Assembly (NCBI GenBank): GCA_964015055.1
Contig: CAXHBG010000001.1
Location: 730 to 64,729 of the forward strand
DNA from: an uncultured Thermoplasmata archaeon
GTDB lineage: Archaea; Thermoplasmatota; Poseidoniia; MGIII; CG-Epi1
Direction of reading: 5' to 3'
Length of the DNA: 64,000 nucleotides
Positions 38,047-48,643 of this stretch are shown piece after piece (positions within the stretch are counted from its first letter, which is position 1; each line of letters begins with the position of its first letter). The position numbers and the translations under genes were made by a program. The notes under the pieces are model-generated. The model saw only the letters and a program-made list of their open reading frames with translations. It was not told the origin of the DNA and searched no databases.

Positions 38047-39162
38047 ATGGCAGTAGCTTCTAATGCTAATGATTCTAAAAAACATAGAATAATTGGTGCG
38101 GGTCTTTCTGGACTTTCTGCAGCGATTAACTTCGCTAAGAACGATGAGAAAGTTGTGATTCACGAATCAAGGGAAGATGTTGGTATGCAATTTCACCCTA
38201 ATTATCAAGTATTATTAAAGGAAAGTCCAGACACACCTTCCTCTGAAGCTGGAGCTAAACAATATCTGAACAGATGGGGATTAAATCCCAAGTTTACCTT
38301 CAAAGATGCAAAAAAATTTATTTGTTCTACAGAAAAGAGAGATTTTACGATTTCATTAAAAGAGCCGTTACCATTGATTCTGCGAGGTGGAGAGAATTCA
38401 CTCGAGAGAGGGCTCGCTAACGAAGCTAAAGATTTAGGCGTTGAGTTTAAGTTTAAATCTAGGCCCAAGCCGAAAGCAGGAGATATTCTTTCCACAGGTC
38501 CAAAACGTACAGATATGGTTGCTTTTGGAGCATATTATGAAAATTCAGACTTTCCTAGAGATCAGTTTTTGTACATGCACGATGAAAAATATTCGCCAAG
38601 AGGATGGTATCTGTATGTAATACCGATGGATGATGATACTATCAAAATTATGAATTGTTGTTCAAAGCCCTACGCAAAGCAAGTTAGGAAATTATTGTAC
38701 AAGGCGGTTGAAGAGAGAGAAATTCTTAGAAACATAGTCGATGGTGCAAAACCTACTGGCACGGTAGGCGGCCAAGGTGGTGTTGATTTCCCTAAAACAG
38801 CCATTAAGGATGGAATTTATCCCACCGGTGAGGCAGCAGGTTTCCAAGATCCTTGGAGAGGTTTTGGAATGAATTATGCGATTGAATCGGGAGCTCTTGC
38901 TCAAAGAGCTATATCTGAATCTTTGGATTATGATAAATTATGGAAAAAACAGTTTCATCAAAGGAAGAAAGCAGATATAGCTCGCAGAGGAATTTTTGCA
39001 CTTCTCGGTAATCGAGCATTTGAATATGGCATGAGAAAAGTAAAAGATGGAGATGAAGTTGATTGGGAAGAGATAAATCCTAGTGGTTGGAAAAAATCAT
39101 TAATCTACAATACTTTTTATTCAATGGAGATGGCTAAGAAAACGATGTGGGATTCCTGGTAA
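38047..39162 (+). CDS. FAD-dependent oxidoreductase, geranylgeranyl-reductase-family paralogue
   Basis: IIGAGLSGLSAA is a Rossmann motif. PTGEAAGFQDPWRGFGMNYA resembles the GGR C-terminal FAD motif. Confidence 0.55.
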   Translation: MAVASNANDSKKHRIIGAGLSGLSAAINFAKNDEKVVIHESREDVGMQFHPNYQVLLKESPDTPSSEAGAKQYLNRWGLNPKFTFKDAKKFICSTEKRDFTISLKEPLPLILRGGENSLERGLANEAKDLGVEFKFKSRPKPKAGDILSTGPKRTDMVAFGAYYENSDFPRDQFLYMHDEKYSPRGWYLYVIPMDDDTIKIMNCCSKPYAKQVRKLLYKAVEEREILRNIVDGAKPTGTVGGQGGVDFPKTAIKDGIYPTGEAAGFQDPWRGFGMNYAIESGALAQRAISESLDYDKLWKKQFHQRKKADIARRGIFALLGNRAFEYGMRKVKDGDEVDWEEINPSGWKKSLIYNTFYSMEMAKKTMWDSW

Positions 39163-39365
39163 TGGATCTCACTGGTTTAGTATCTTATATCATTTCAGTA
39201 TTTTCAGTATTGGCAGGAGTTGCTATCTTTTTTGGCGAGGAGGAATATATTGTCCCAGCTTCTGGCCGCTCTCTTCGATTGCCCTGTTCTTTTCTTTTTT
39301 GGTTCCTAGCTTTGATTTTTTGGGCTATGGCTGTCAAAGTAGAGGATGACGATAGTATCATATAA
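39162..39365 (+). CDS. small two-TM membrane protein
   Basis: I trimmed the start to MDLTGLV, which gives a TAATG overlap with the upstream stop. The protein is hydrophobic. Confidence 0.35.
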   Translation: MDLTGLVSYIISVFSVLAGVAIFFGEEEYIVPASGRSLRLPCSFLFWFLALIFWAMAVKVEDDDSII

Positions 39366-39385
39366 TCAATTCTTTAGTCAAAAAT

Positions 39386-41638
39386 ATGTCTGATTTTGGT
39401 GTAATTCGTAATTATTATTCACAAATGCCCGAAAAGATAGATCAGGCTAGACGCGTCTTAAAGCGTTCGATGACATTAACCGAAAAAATTCTTTTCAGCC
39501 ATTTAGTTAGTATTGTAAATGAACCAGAGAGAACAAAATCATATGTGGAATTACAACCAGATAGGGTAGCTATGCAAGACGCTACAGCTCAAATGGCTTT
39601 ACTTCAATTTGCTTTGACAGGCCGCTCAGAAGTTGCAGTTCCTTCTACAGTTCACTGTGACCATCTAATTCAGGCTCGAGTTGGAAAGGAGAAAGATCTT
39701 GAGTATGCAAACGAAATTAGTTCAGAAGTTTTTTCTTTTCTCAAATCGGCTTCAGCAAAATATGGGCTTGGTTTCTGGAAGCCTGGCGCTGGCATAATTC
39801 ATCAAGTAGTTCTAGAGAACTACGCTTTTCCGGGAGGAATGATGATTGGTACAGATTCTCATACTCCAAATGCAGGTGGTCTTGGAATGGTTGCAGTCGG
39901 AGTTGGAGGGGCTGATGCTATGGAGGTCATGGCAGGTTTACCTTTTACAATAAAATGGCCGGGAATTATCGGTGTTCATTTGTCTGGCAAGCTATCGGGT
40001 TGGGCTTCTGCTAAAGATGTTATCTTGAAGGTTTGCGAAGAATTAACAGTTAAAGGAGGTACTGGCCACATTGTAGAGTATTTTGGTCCAGGGACTACTT
40101 CAATATCTTCAACTGGGAAAGGTACAATTTGTAATATGGGAGCTGAAGTTGGAGCTACAACTTCTCTTTTTCCTTATGACAGTTCGATGGATGAATATCT
40201 TAGAGCAACAAATAGATCAGAAGTTGCAGATATCGCTAAAGACTACTCTGAATATTTAGTTCCAGATGATGAAGTCGAGGCTAATCCCTCACAGTATTAT
40301 GATAGAATTATTGAGATTAATTTATCGGAGTTAGTTCCAGCGATAGTTGGACCACATACTCCTGATTTAGCAAGACCAGTTTCAGATTTGGGAGATGAGG
40401 CAAGAGAAAATGGTTGGCCAACAGATATTCAAGCAGCTTTGATAGGTTCTTGCACAAATTCATCGTATGAAGACATGGAAAGAGCATCTTCAATAGCTTT
40501 GCAGGCCAGAGACGCAGGTCTAAAATCCAAAGTACAATTTATGGTCACATCAGGTTCGGATACAATAGACAATACAATAAGAAGAGATGGTCAAATGCAA
40601 ATATTTGATGATATTGGAGGAACTGTATTAGCAAATGCGTGCGGGCCATGTATAGGTCAATGGAAAAGAGAAGATATTGATAGTGGAGACGTGAATTCTA
40701 TTGTCTCATCCTATAATCGGAATTTCAGCGGTAGAAATGATGGTAACCATCAAACACTATCGTTTCTTACAAGTCCAGAAATAGTTACTGCCATGGCAAT
40801 TGCAGGTAGTCTAGATTTCAATCCAATTACAGATAAATTAACTGCGAAAGACGGAAGTAAATTTTTACTTGAGCCTCCGGAGGGCGAACAGTTGCCTAAG
40901 AACGGATTTTTATTTAATTTAGAAGGGTTCATTCCACCGTCAGAAGGTTCTGAATTTGTTGACTTAGATGTATCGCCTAAAAGTCGCAGGCTGCAATTAT
41001 TAGAACCATTTGTGGCAACTGGCAAGAAAGATTTAGAAGATTTACCAATATTAGTCAAAGTTAAAGGCAAGTGTACGACAGATCATATTTCACCTGCAGG
41101 CGTATGGTTACAATTTAGAGGCCATTTAGATAATATTTCAGATAATTGTTACATTGGAGCGCATAATTCTTTTACAGAGGAGCAAGGTACTGCAATCAAT
41201 CAACTAGATGGAAACAAGGGAAAAATTCCAAAGGTTGCACGCAATTATTATGAAAATAATCAACCGTGGGCAGTTATTGCAGATGTCAATTATGGTGAAG
41301 GAAGTAGTAGAGAACATGCAGCAATGTCTCCTAGATTTTTAGGGTGTAAGGTTGTTATTGCAAGGAGTATGGCACGAATTGCAGAGACTAACCTGAAGAA
41401 GCAAGGAGTTTTACCTTTAATTTTTGCAGATGAGTCTTCTTGGGATTTATTGAGAGTCGATGACAGATTAACAATCAAAGGAACTGATGAGCTAGGTCCA
41501 AACTCTCAAATTACTGTAGAGGCAAAGCACGCTGATGGAACTATGGATACTTTCGTTTGTAATCATAGCATGGATGAACTTCAAGTTGAATGGTTTAAAT
41601 CGGGTTCAGCTTTGAATTATTTAAGATCGCAGAATTAA
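39386..41638 (+). CDS. acn: aconitate hydratase
   Basis: GTDSHT, SCTNSS and ANACGPCIG are the Fe-S ligand motifs. The 750-aa size fits the aconitase family. Confidence 0.9.
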   Translation: MSDFGVIRNYYSQMPEKIDQARRVLKRSMTLTEKILFSHLVSIVNEPERTKSYVELQPDRVAMQDATAQMALLQFALTGRSEVAVPSTVHCDHLIQARVGKEKDLEYANEISSEVFSFLKSASAKYGLGFWKPGAGIIHQVVLENYAFPGGMMIGTDSHTPNAGGLGMVAVGVGGADAMEVMAGLPFTIKWPGIIGVHLSGKLSGWASAKDVILKVCEELTVKGGTGHIVEYFGPGTTSISSTGKGTICNMGAEVGATTSLFPYDSSMDEYLRATNRSEVADIAKDYSEYLVPDDEVEANPSQYYDRIIEINLSELVPAIVGPHTPDLARPVSDLGDEARENGWPTDIQAALIGSCTNSSYEDMERASSIALQARDAGLKSKVQFMVTSGSDTIDNTIRRDGQMQIFDDIGGTVLANACGPCIGQWKREDIDSGDVNSIVSSYNRNFSGRNDGNHQTLSFLTSPEIVTAMAIAGSLDFNPITDKLTAKDGSKFLLEPPEGEQLPKNGFLFNLEGFIPPSEGSEFVDLDVSPKSRRLQLLEPFVATGKKDLEDLPILVKVKGKCTTDHISPAGVWLQFRGHLDNISDNCYIGAHNSFTEEQGTAINQLDGNKGKIPKVARNYYENNQPWAVIADVNYGEGSSREHAAMSPRFLGCKVVIARSMARIAETNLKKQGVLPLIFADESSWDLLRVDDRLTIKGTDELGPNSQITVEAKHADGTMDTFVCNHSMDELQVEWFKSGSALNYLRSQN

Positions 41639-42597
41639 AAAGCTGAGTGATTTACACCCTTTCCGTTTTCTACAGATCCAACAACCTGAGCATGTTTTCC
41701 AAGTATTGATACAGATTTCTTAGCTTCAGCTTTGTCAACAATAATAATCATTCCCATTCCCATGTTAAACGTTCGATACATTTCCTTAGTTTCAATATTT
41801 CCTTTTTCTTGTAACCAATCAAATACCGAAGGAACTGGTAGAGGGTTATCTATTACATACTGAAAGTTATCATTTACTCGACCAATATTATCTAGTCCAC
41901 CGCCAGTAATGTGGGCAATTCCATTAACATTCACTTGATTAATTAATTCCATTATTTCCTTAACATAAATTCTCGTGGGTTCGACTAATTTTTTTCCTAG
42001 CTCCTTGTTGCCGTCAAATAATTTACGAATCAGAGTATATCCGTTAGAATGTGGTCCGCTAGACTTTAAACCGATTAGAACGTTACCTTCAGCGATTTTT
42101 GTCCCGTCTATTATTTTGTCTTGTTTAACGTAGCCGACAGATGTTCCAGCAATATCAAATCCATGAACAAGCTCAGGAAGAATAGCCGTTTCACCGCCAG
42201 ATAATGTACAGTTAGATTGCTTACATCCTTCCGCTAAACCCATTCCAATTTTAGCCATTAATTCTTCATCTGGCTTGTCTAAAGCTACATAATCAACGAA
42301 ACTTAATGGTTCAGCACCTACACAAATTAGATCATTTGTATTCATAGCAACGCAGTCTATTCCGACAGTATGGATTGAGTCCATTTCTTCTGCCAGCAAC
42401 AATTTGCTGCCTACGCCGTCAGTACACATTGCTAATGCACCGTCGCCGAGTTTCACTAATCCCGCAAATCCATTATCTAATTTTATGGGTTCGCCGTCAC
42501 CCTTTCTATTTACTCCTTTAATTTGGGCAATGAGAGCTTCAGTAGCTCTTTCACTTGCATCAATATCCACACCAGCTTCAGAGTATGTGCTTACCAT
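41635..42597 (-). CDS. purM: phosphoribosylformylglycinamidine cyclo-ligase (AIR synthetase)
   Basis: SYSEAGVDIDA, DGVGSKLLLA and GGETAILPE are PurM motifs. Confidence 0.85.
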   Translation of the reverse strand: MVSTYSEAGVDIDASERATEALIAQIKGVNRKGDGEPIKLDNGFAGLVKLGDGALAMCTDGVGSKLLLAEEMDSIHTVGIDCVAMNTNDLICVGAEPLSFVDYVALDKPDEELMAKIGMGLAEGCKQSNCTLSGGETAILPELVHGFDIAGTSVGYVKQDKIIDGTKIAEGNVLIGLKSSGPHSNGYTLIRKLFDGNKELGKKLVEPTRIYVKEIMELINQVNVNGIAHITGGGLDNIGRVNDNFQYVIDNPLPVPSVFDWLQEKGNIETKEMYRTFNMGMGMIIIVDKAEAKKSVSILGKHAQVVGSVENGKGVNHSAF

Positions 42598-42602
42598 ATT
42601 GT

Positions 42603-43835
42603 TTACATCTTAGCGTAATAATTTTGCACAACTGTGCTAACTTGATCAATGTCATCAATATTGCGCTGAACTAATGATTCAAGAATCTTCTGCCTATTTT
42701 GAGCCATTTCATCAAATTGCCTTGGTGCTACACCTGCAGCTTTAGAAATTCGCTCACGTAGCTTACTTGGAACTCCAGTTTCTTCCAATTGATTGGATTG
42801 TCCGTTCCATTTGAATAAGGTGTTTAACCTTGGTTTACTACCTTCTAAACCAGCTAACTCAGACACCTCAGTAATAGTTCTAATTTGTTTTCCGTTAACA
42901 TTTATTCTACTTTGCATTATGATTAAATGTAAAGCATTCATCATTATAGGAGGAACTTCCATAGGAGGATTGATTAGTCTTGATACAGTCTCTTGTGCAG
43001 TATTTGCGTGAACAGTACCAAAACATCCGTCGTGACCGGTATTCATTGCAGTAAAGAGAGTTTTAGCCTCTGGCCCTCTCACTTCACCTACAATTATCCT
43101 GTCAGGCCTCATGCGCAATGTATTTTTCAGTAAAGAATCCATATCTACTTCAGGTTCTTCGGGTTTTGTTGAGTTAAATGTTTCAAGTTGGACATGATGT
43201 TCATGTTTTAATTGAACTTCAGTTACATCTTCAATTGTTATTAATCTATCCTTTGAGGGAATAAATAATCCCAATACATTCAAAGTTGTAGTTTTACCGG
43301 AACCTGTACCGCCTGCAACCAAAATATTAGATGGAGCAGAACCCATTCCGTCAGCAAACATCCATAATAGTGAAGCTAGTCTTGGAGACATTGTTCCGAA
43401 TTTCATTAAATTGACAACAGTTAGTGGATCATTCATTTGCTTTCTTATTGTCATTGTTGGACCGTTTGGAGAAACCGGTGGAATTGTAGCATTTACACGA
43501 CTTCCATCAGGCAATCTTCCATCTAAAAGTAAATTTCCGGGACCTACTTTTCTACCAACATATTTCCCAACTTTTTGAATTATTGAGGTAGCTTCCTCAC
43601 TAGTTAGCTTCACGTTAGTCACACACATTCCATGTTTTCTGTGTGCAACCATCACAGCTTTATCAGGATGATTATACATAATCTCTTCAAGATTGTCGTC
43701 ATCTAACAATGGTTTTAGAGCACCATAACTGGGAGATTTGACAGCTTTTGTCACTTGATATAGAGGTCGCTCAGCATCAGGTCTTTCGACGATGTTGGCA
43801 GTCGGGTATTGTTCTATTATTCGGCCTTGTTGCAT
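42603..43835 (-). CDS. type II/IV secretion-family ATPase (TadA/FlaI-like), second copy
   Basis: GGTGSGKTT is the Walker A. The Asp and His boxes are present. I set the start at MQQGRIIE, which gives a TAA-AT-ATG junction with the upstream gene rather than a 115-nt overlap. Confidence 0.8.
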   Translation of the reverse strand: MQQGRIIEQYPTANIVERPDAERPLYQVTKAVKSPSYGALKPLLDDDNLEEIMYNHPDKAVMVAHRKHGMCVTNVKLTSEEATSIIQKVGKYVGRKVGPGNLLLDGRLPDGSRVNATIPPVSPNGPTMTIRKQMNDPLTVVNLMKFGTMSPRLASLLWMFADGMGSAPSNILVAGGTGSGKTTTLNVLGLFIPSKDRLITIEDVTEVQLKHEHHVQLETFNSTKPEEPEVDMDSLLKNTLRMRPDRIIVGEVRGPEAKTLFTAMNTGHDGCFGTVHANTAQETVSRLINPPMEVPPIMMNALHLIIMQSRINVNGKQIRTITEVSELAGLEGSKPRLNTLFKWNGQSNQLEETGVPSKLRERISKAAGVAPRQFDEMAQNRQKILESLVQRNIDDIDQVSTVVQNYYAKM

Positions 43836-43837
43836 AT

Positions 43838-44602
43838 TTATACTATTGATATCCTTAGTGCTAGTAACAGTGTAGTAGTAGCTATGAACATATACATTGG
43901 CATTCGCCATATTGCAGTCTTGGTTGTTTGTAAGATTACTGATTGCATCCAAACACCTCCAGCTCCTAACACCATCATATAGAAAAATAATGATTGATTC
44001 AATAAACTCAGGTCAACGTTAAGCTCGAACGAACCAGCTTTACCACTGCCGAATACAGAGACAATTAATCCCAAAAGAATTGGACAAATCACAGCTCCGC
44101 CCCAGAGAATGAAGTTGGCAGTACTTTGTGTTTTTGTAATTCTTTCTTTTCTCAGCATATAAATTTCCCAAAACTCTTCAGAAATATTTTCAAGAGTAGT
44201 AGCGAAGCTTCCGGATGAACCCAATGCCACATTTAGTATGCTTACAATTCTAATAATCATAGGCGATTCAGTTTGTTTAGCAAAATCTCTCATCGCCATT
44301 CCAAATCCATCATCTCGCATTCTTTTTACTGCTTCACGAAGGAACAATCCCATTCTGTCATTTCTACCAGATGCAATTGCATCCAAAGCAGATTCAACAC
44401 CCATTCCTGCACGCAATTCTTCAGCAAGATCAGCTAGAACATCTGGCCATACCGCCTCTAATTCATTTATCTTATCTTGTTTTCTCTTTGCAGGAATATA
44501 GAACAATGTACCTATTAAGGCCCAGACTCCCAAACCTATCCAAATTATACTATGGAGCGATGATAATCCATCTCCACTTACTAAATCTTCCAATAAACTC
44601 AT
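43838..44602 (-). CDS. T2SS F-domain membrane protein (TadC-like)
   Basis: I set the start at MSLLEDL, which gives an ATGA overlap with the upstream stop. The helical cytoplasmic domain is flanked by TM helices. Confidence 0.6.
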   Translation of the reverse strand: MSLLEDLVSGDGLSSLHSIIWIGLGVWALIGTLFYIPAKRKQDKINELEAVWPDVLADLAEELRAGMGVESALDAIASGRNDRMGLFLREAVKRMRDDGFGMAMRDFAKQTESPMIIRIVSILNVALGSSGSFATTLENISEEFWEIYMLRKERITKTQSTANFILWGGAVICPILLGLIVSVFGSGKAGSFELNVDLSLLNQSLFFYMMVLGAGGVWMQSVILQTTKTAIWRMPMYMFIATTTLLLALRISIV

Positions 44603-45174
44603 ACGCCAGGCTCCTTTGCTTTGGTTTGAACAATCATTCCAGCAATTATTATTGTTGCAGTAATGAACAATGCAGGTACGCAAACATCAGGCATTGTTGG
44701 AGTATTACCTAAGAATCCACCACCAGATGCTTTAGCAGATTCAACTAATCCGTTTACAACAGCTCCAATTACTACAATAATTGGAATTAATATTGAAACT
44801 ATAATGAATTGTTCTGAAGTTGAAGATAGCCCTTCTATAAAATTATCTAAATTTACACGTCTTTCTTTCGCTTCTTTTTCAGCTATAGATCTAAGTCTGT
44901 CGATAACGTTAGTGTCTTCTTCGATAGACATTATCAAACTTGAAAGAACTTTTCTTAATCCTGAAGAATCAGTGTTTCTCATCTGAGTTCGAATAGCATC
45001 ACTAAAGTTTTTTCCACCTTCAGTATCTCTAAATATTTGCTTGAAAATACCACTTAAATCACCATAGTCTTCGTCAGCAACATGCTTCATTGCTTCTGCA
45101 ACACCTACGCCAGATTCTAATAGAACTTCAATTCCTCTAATAGCAAAGAGTAGTTCTTGGTCAACGGTCGCCAT
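44599..45174 (-). CDS. T2SS F-domain membrane protein (TadB-like)
   Basis: The helical N-domain and C-terminal TM helices give an architecture similar to its neighbour. Confidence 0.55.
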   Translation of the reverse strand: MATVDQELLFAIRGIEVLLESGVGVAEAMKHVADEDYGDLSGIFKQIFRDTEGGKNFSDAIRTQMRNTDSSGLRKVLSSLIMSIEEDTNVIDRLRSIAEKEAKERRVNLDNFIEGLSSTSEQFIIVSILIPIIVVIGAVVNGLVESAKASGGGFLGNTPTMPDVCVPALFITATIIIAGMIVQTKAKEPGV

Positions 45175-45213
45175 AATCTATCAATAAAACCCCATTATAA
45201 ACCAATTAACCTT

Positions 45214-45909
45214 CTAAATCTTTTCGTTTTTTATGAAATCCCGATAAGTACTAAAATTTAAATAAAAAGAAAAAACCATTGCCCATTCACATAGTGCAGT
45301 TAAGTTTAGATAAAAACTTCTTTCTGTATTTACATCTGGGGGATTTTCCATTCTATGAAAAAAATCGTCTTTTTCTTTCAGCATATCTAAATTATCTAGT
45401 ACACTAAAAACTGCCATCATTATGTAAAAAAACCACCCTGCAACTAAAGCATATTTTCGAATACTATTATCTAGATTATTTTTCCTCATCAAGTCGTAGC
45501 TAAATGTTGAGGTAACCAAATACGTTGTGAAGAGAGTGAACGCAGTTATTCCATGCAATACAGGGAATTCTTTCCAATTAAAGCTAACAGTAACAATTCC
45601 ACATATTGATCCAATTGTTGCCGCTATCCAACTAATTTGAGCTCCCTTTACATAGAAATCACCCAAATTCTTAGCCAAGGGTTGGAATAAACGATAGAGT
45701 ACTTGAATAACCAAAAATGTCCCAAATAAGCTTATCCCTAAGCCTGTTGAAAATATACTTTCTTCAGGTTCTGAGAATGGCATTTCTGAAATTATCGGTA
45801 TGAATGGCGCCACGCGTCCGCTTGTAGTTGAAACGATATATGTCGTTATTAATGTGAATATTCCTAAGATAATACTAAATTCTAAAAGTAATTTAGCACT
45901 ATTCTTCAT
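45214..45909 (-). CDS. polytopic membrane protein of unknown function
   Basis: There are about 6 hydrophobic helices. No motif was recognised. Confidence 0.45.
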   Translation of the reverse strand: MKNSAKLLLEFSIILGIFTLITTYIVSTTSGRVAPFIPIISEMPFSEPEESIFSTGLGISLFGTFLVIQVLYRLFQPLAKNLGDFYVKGAQISWIAATIGSICGIVTVSFNWKEFPVLHGITAFTLFTTYLVTSTFSYDLMRKNNLDNSIRKYALVAGWFFYIMMAVFSVLDNLDMLKEKDDFFHRMENPPDVNTERSFYLNLTALCEWAMVFSFYLNFSTYRDFIKNEKI

Positions 45910-48598
45910 TCAATACCGCTTGTGCCGCTGCTAATCTTGCGATTGGTACTCTGAAAGGTGAGCACGACACATAATCCATCCCAACGTTGTGGCAAAAGTG
46001 AACAGATTTTGGTTCACCACCATGTTCTCCACATATTCCAACTTTAAGATCAGGCTTCGTACCTCTACCTCTTTCTATACCCATTTTAACCAATTCACAT
46101 ACACCTTCGTCCAAACTTGCAAAAGGATCTTCAGGTAATAATTCATTTTCTAAATAGGCTGGCATAAACCCTCCTGTATCGTCTCGACTGAATCCGAAAG
46201 CCATTTGAGTTAAGTCATTAGTTCCGAATGAAAAGAACTCAGCAGTTTCAGCTATTCTGTTTGCAACAAAGCTTGCCCGTGGAATCTCCATCATTGTTCC
46301 AACCATATAACTATTCAAGTCTTCAACACTATTTGCCACATCCCTTACAATTTTTTCCTGATGATTATATTCAGTTTCCATTCCAGTTAGTGGAATCATT
46401 ATCTCAGGAAAAGTTTTAACGTTTTCATTTGAAAGTTCTGCAGCAGCTTCCAGGATGGCTCTAGCTTGCATTTCAGTTATTTCGGGATGAGTTATTCCCA
46501 ATCTAACTCCTCTATGCCCCATCATTGGATTAGATTCTTTTAGGGCATCTGACCTTCTTTCAAGCTCTTCAGCGTTTATGTTTAAAGCTTCAGCAAGTTT
46601 CTTCTGCCTTTTTGCATCATGAGGAATGAATTCATGCAAAGGAGGATCCATTAACCTTATGGTAACTGGAAGTCCTTGCATTGCTCTCAATGTTTCTTTA
46701 ATATCATTTTTCATGAAGGGGAATAATGAATCCAAAGCAGTCTTTCTTTCATCTTGATTATTTGCCATAATCATTTCTTGTAAGTGGAAAAGTGGCTCCT
46801 CTGAACCTTCACCATAGAACATATGTTCAATTCTGAAAAGTCCAATACCTTCAGCACCAAAATCTAATGCCCTTTTAGCATCAGCTGGTGTTTCTGCATT
46901 TGTTCTTACCTTAAGTCTTCTTACGTTGTCACACAGTCCTAAGAAATGTGTAAGATAATCACTACTTATGTCCGTTTCAATTAATGGGAGTTCACCTTTG
47001 TACACTTTTCCTGCAGTTCCATTAAGAGTTATTTCATCTCCCTCATTAATTGTGACATTTCCGACCGTGAATTTCTTTTTAATAGAATCAACTTTCATTT
47101 CGCCAGCACCAACAACACAGCACATTCCCCAACCTCTAGCGACTAGAGCGGCGTGGGAAGTCATACCTCCTCTTGAAGTTAAAATTGCTACAGAAGCTCT
47201 CATTCCCTCGACATCCTCAGGATTTGTCTCTTCTCTGACTAATACAACTTTTTCACCTTTTGCAGCCCAATCTACCGCGTCTTGCGCAGTAAAGACGGCT
47301 TTTCCAGTTGCGCCACCCGGCCCTGCAGGCAACCCTTTTGCTAGAAGATCAGTACTTTTTTCTACATCTGGATCAACTATGGGGTGCAATAATTCATCAA
47401 GTTGCGAAGGTGTAACTCTCGTAATAGCAGTTTTTTCATCGATTCTATTTTCTTTTACCATCTCGGAAGCCATACGAATTGCAGCAGGTCCATTTCTCTT
47501 TCCTATTCTACATTGTAGCATCCATAATTTCCCTGATTGAATAGTAAATTCGATATCCATCATGTCATTGTAATGGTCCTCAAGATTTAGTCGAATTGTG
47601 TTCAATTCATCATAGAGATGGGGTACAGATTGTTCTAGGCTTGGTAAATCTCCGCTGTGTTCAGTTCTACATACTTCATTTAGAGGATTTGGCGTTCTAA
47701 TGCCTGCGACAACATCCTCTCCCTGGGCCTTTGGTAACCATTCACCGTAAAAATTATTCTCACCAGTAGCAGGATTTCTAGTGAATGCCACGCCTGTAGC
47801 GCTGTCTTCACCAAGATTTCCGTATACCATTGCTTGAACATTTACGGCAGTTCCCCATTCCTCAGGAATATTTTCAATTTTCCTGTAAGCTTTTGCTCTT
47901 TTCCCATCCCATGAATAGAAAACAGCTGAAACAGCCCCCCATAATTGTTCCCAAGGATCTTCGGGGAACGGCTTTTTGAGTACTTCCAAGACTTTTCCCT
48001 TGTAAATGTCAACTAAATCTTTTAAATTTTCAGCTGTTAGGTCAGTATCTTCAGTTACTCCATTTTGTTCCTTCATATTTTCTAATTCATGTTCTAACTG
48101 GTTACGAATTCCCATCCCTTCTTCAGGCTCTATCCCTGAAGCCTTTTCCATTACAACATCAGAGTACATCTGTATTAGTCTTCTCTGAGCATCATAAACA
48201 AATCTAGGGTCTCCACTTTGAGCAATTAGCCCTTCTCTAGTGGAATCATTTAAGCCTACATTGAGAACAGTTTCCATCATTCCAGGCATTGACGTTCTAG
48301 CTCCAGATCTCACAGATAATAACAGAGGATTACTAGAGTCTCCGAAGACAGCTCCAACGCTATTTTCGACATCCTTCAAGGCTTTTTTTAATTGTCCATC
48401 AAGTTCACTTGGATAATTCTGTTTATTTTCATTGTAGAAGGTACATACTTCAGTAGTTATTGTACATCCCGGAGGTACAGGTATTTTCAGTAGCGCCATT
48501 TCAGCTAAATTTGCGCCCTTTCCACCTAGTAGATTTTTCATGTCGGCTTTGCCATCGGTCATTCCTGGACCGAAACGATAAACGTGCATTTCGCTCAT
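45899..48598 (-). CDS. ppdK: pyruvate, phosphate dikinase
   Basis: The N-terminal KNLLGGKGANLAEMA matches. The central phosphohistidine region is GGMTSHAALVARGWG. The C-terminal PEP-utilising domain is present. The protein is 899 aa. Confidence 0.9.
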   Translation of the reverse strand: MSEMHVYRFGPGMTDGKADMKNLLGGKGANLAEMALLKIPVPPGCTITTEVCTFYNENKQNYPSELDGQLKKALKDVENSVGAVFGDSSNPLLLSVRSGARTSMPGMMETVLNVGLNDSTREGLIAQSGDPRFVYDAQRRLIQMYSDVVMEKASGIEPEEGMGIRNQLEHELENMKEQNGVTEDTDLTAENLKDLVDIYKGKVLEVLKKPFPEDPWEQLWGAVSAVFYSWDGKRAKAYRKIENIPEEWGTAVNVQAMVYGNLGEDSATGVAFTRNPATGENNFYGEWLPKAQGEDVVAGIRTPNPLNEVCRTEHSGDLPSLEQSVPHLYDELNTIRLNLEDHYNDMMDIEFTIQSGKLWMLQCRIGKRNGPAAIRMASEMVKENRIDEKTAITRVTPSQLDELLHPIVDPDVEKSTDLLAKGLPAGPGGATGKAVFTAQDAVDWAAKGEKVVLVREETNPEDVEGMRASVAILTSRGGMTSHAALVARGWGMCCVVGAGEMKVDSIKKKFTVGNVTINEGDEITLNGTAGKVYKGELPLIETDISSDYLTHFLGLCDNVRRLKVRTNAETPADAKRALDFGAEGIGLFRIEHMFYGEGSEEPLFHLQEMIMANNQDERKTALDSLFPFMKNDIKETLRAMQGLPVTIRLMDPPLHEFIPHDAKRQKKLAEALNINAEELERRSDALKESNPMMGHRGVRLGITHPEITEMQARAILEAAAELSNENVKTFPEIMIPLTGMETEYNHQEKIVRDVANSVEDLNSYMVGTMMEIPRASFVANRIAETAEFFSFGTNDLTQMAFGFSRDDTGGFMPAYLENELLPEDPFASLDEGVCELVKMGIERGRGTKPDLKVGICGEHGGEPKSVHFCHNVGMDYVSCSPFRVPIARLAAAQAVLNEE

Positions 48599-48643
48599 TA
48601 TTACTCAGGGCTCTAGCGAAATAGGTATAAATTCTCTTTCTCG

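Noticed and set aside
43836-43952. Long N-terminal version (449 aa) of the second secretion ATPase
   Set aside because: It would overlap the upstream gene by 115 nt. The internal Met at 43835 gives a conventional TAA-AT-ATG junction and removes a low-complexity N-terminal stretch (NNQDCNMANANVYVHSYYY).
46968-47540. 190-aa ORF antisense to ppdK
   Set aside because: It is embedded in a confidently identified 899-aa pyruvate-phosphate dikinase gene. It has no motif and is Ser/Pro-rich.
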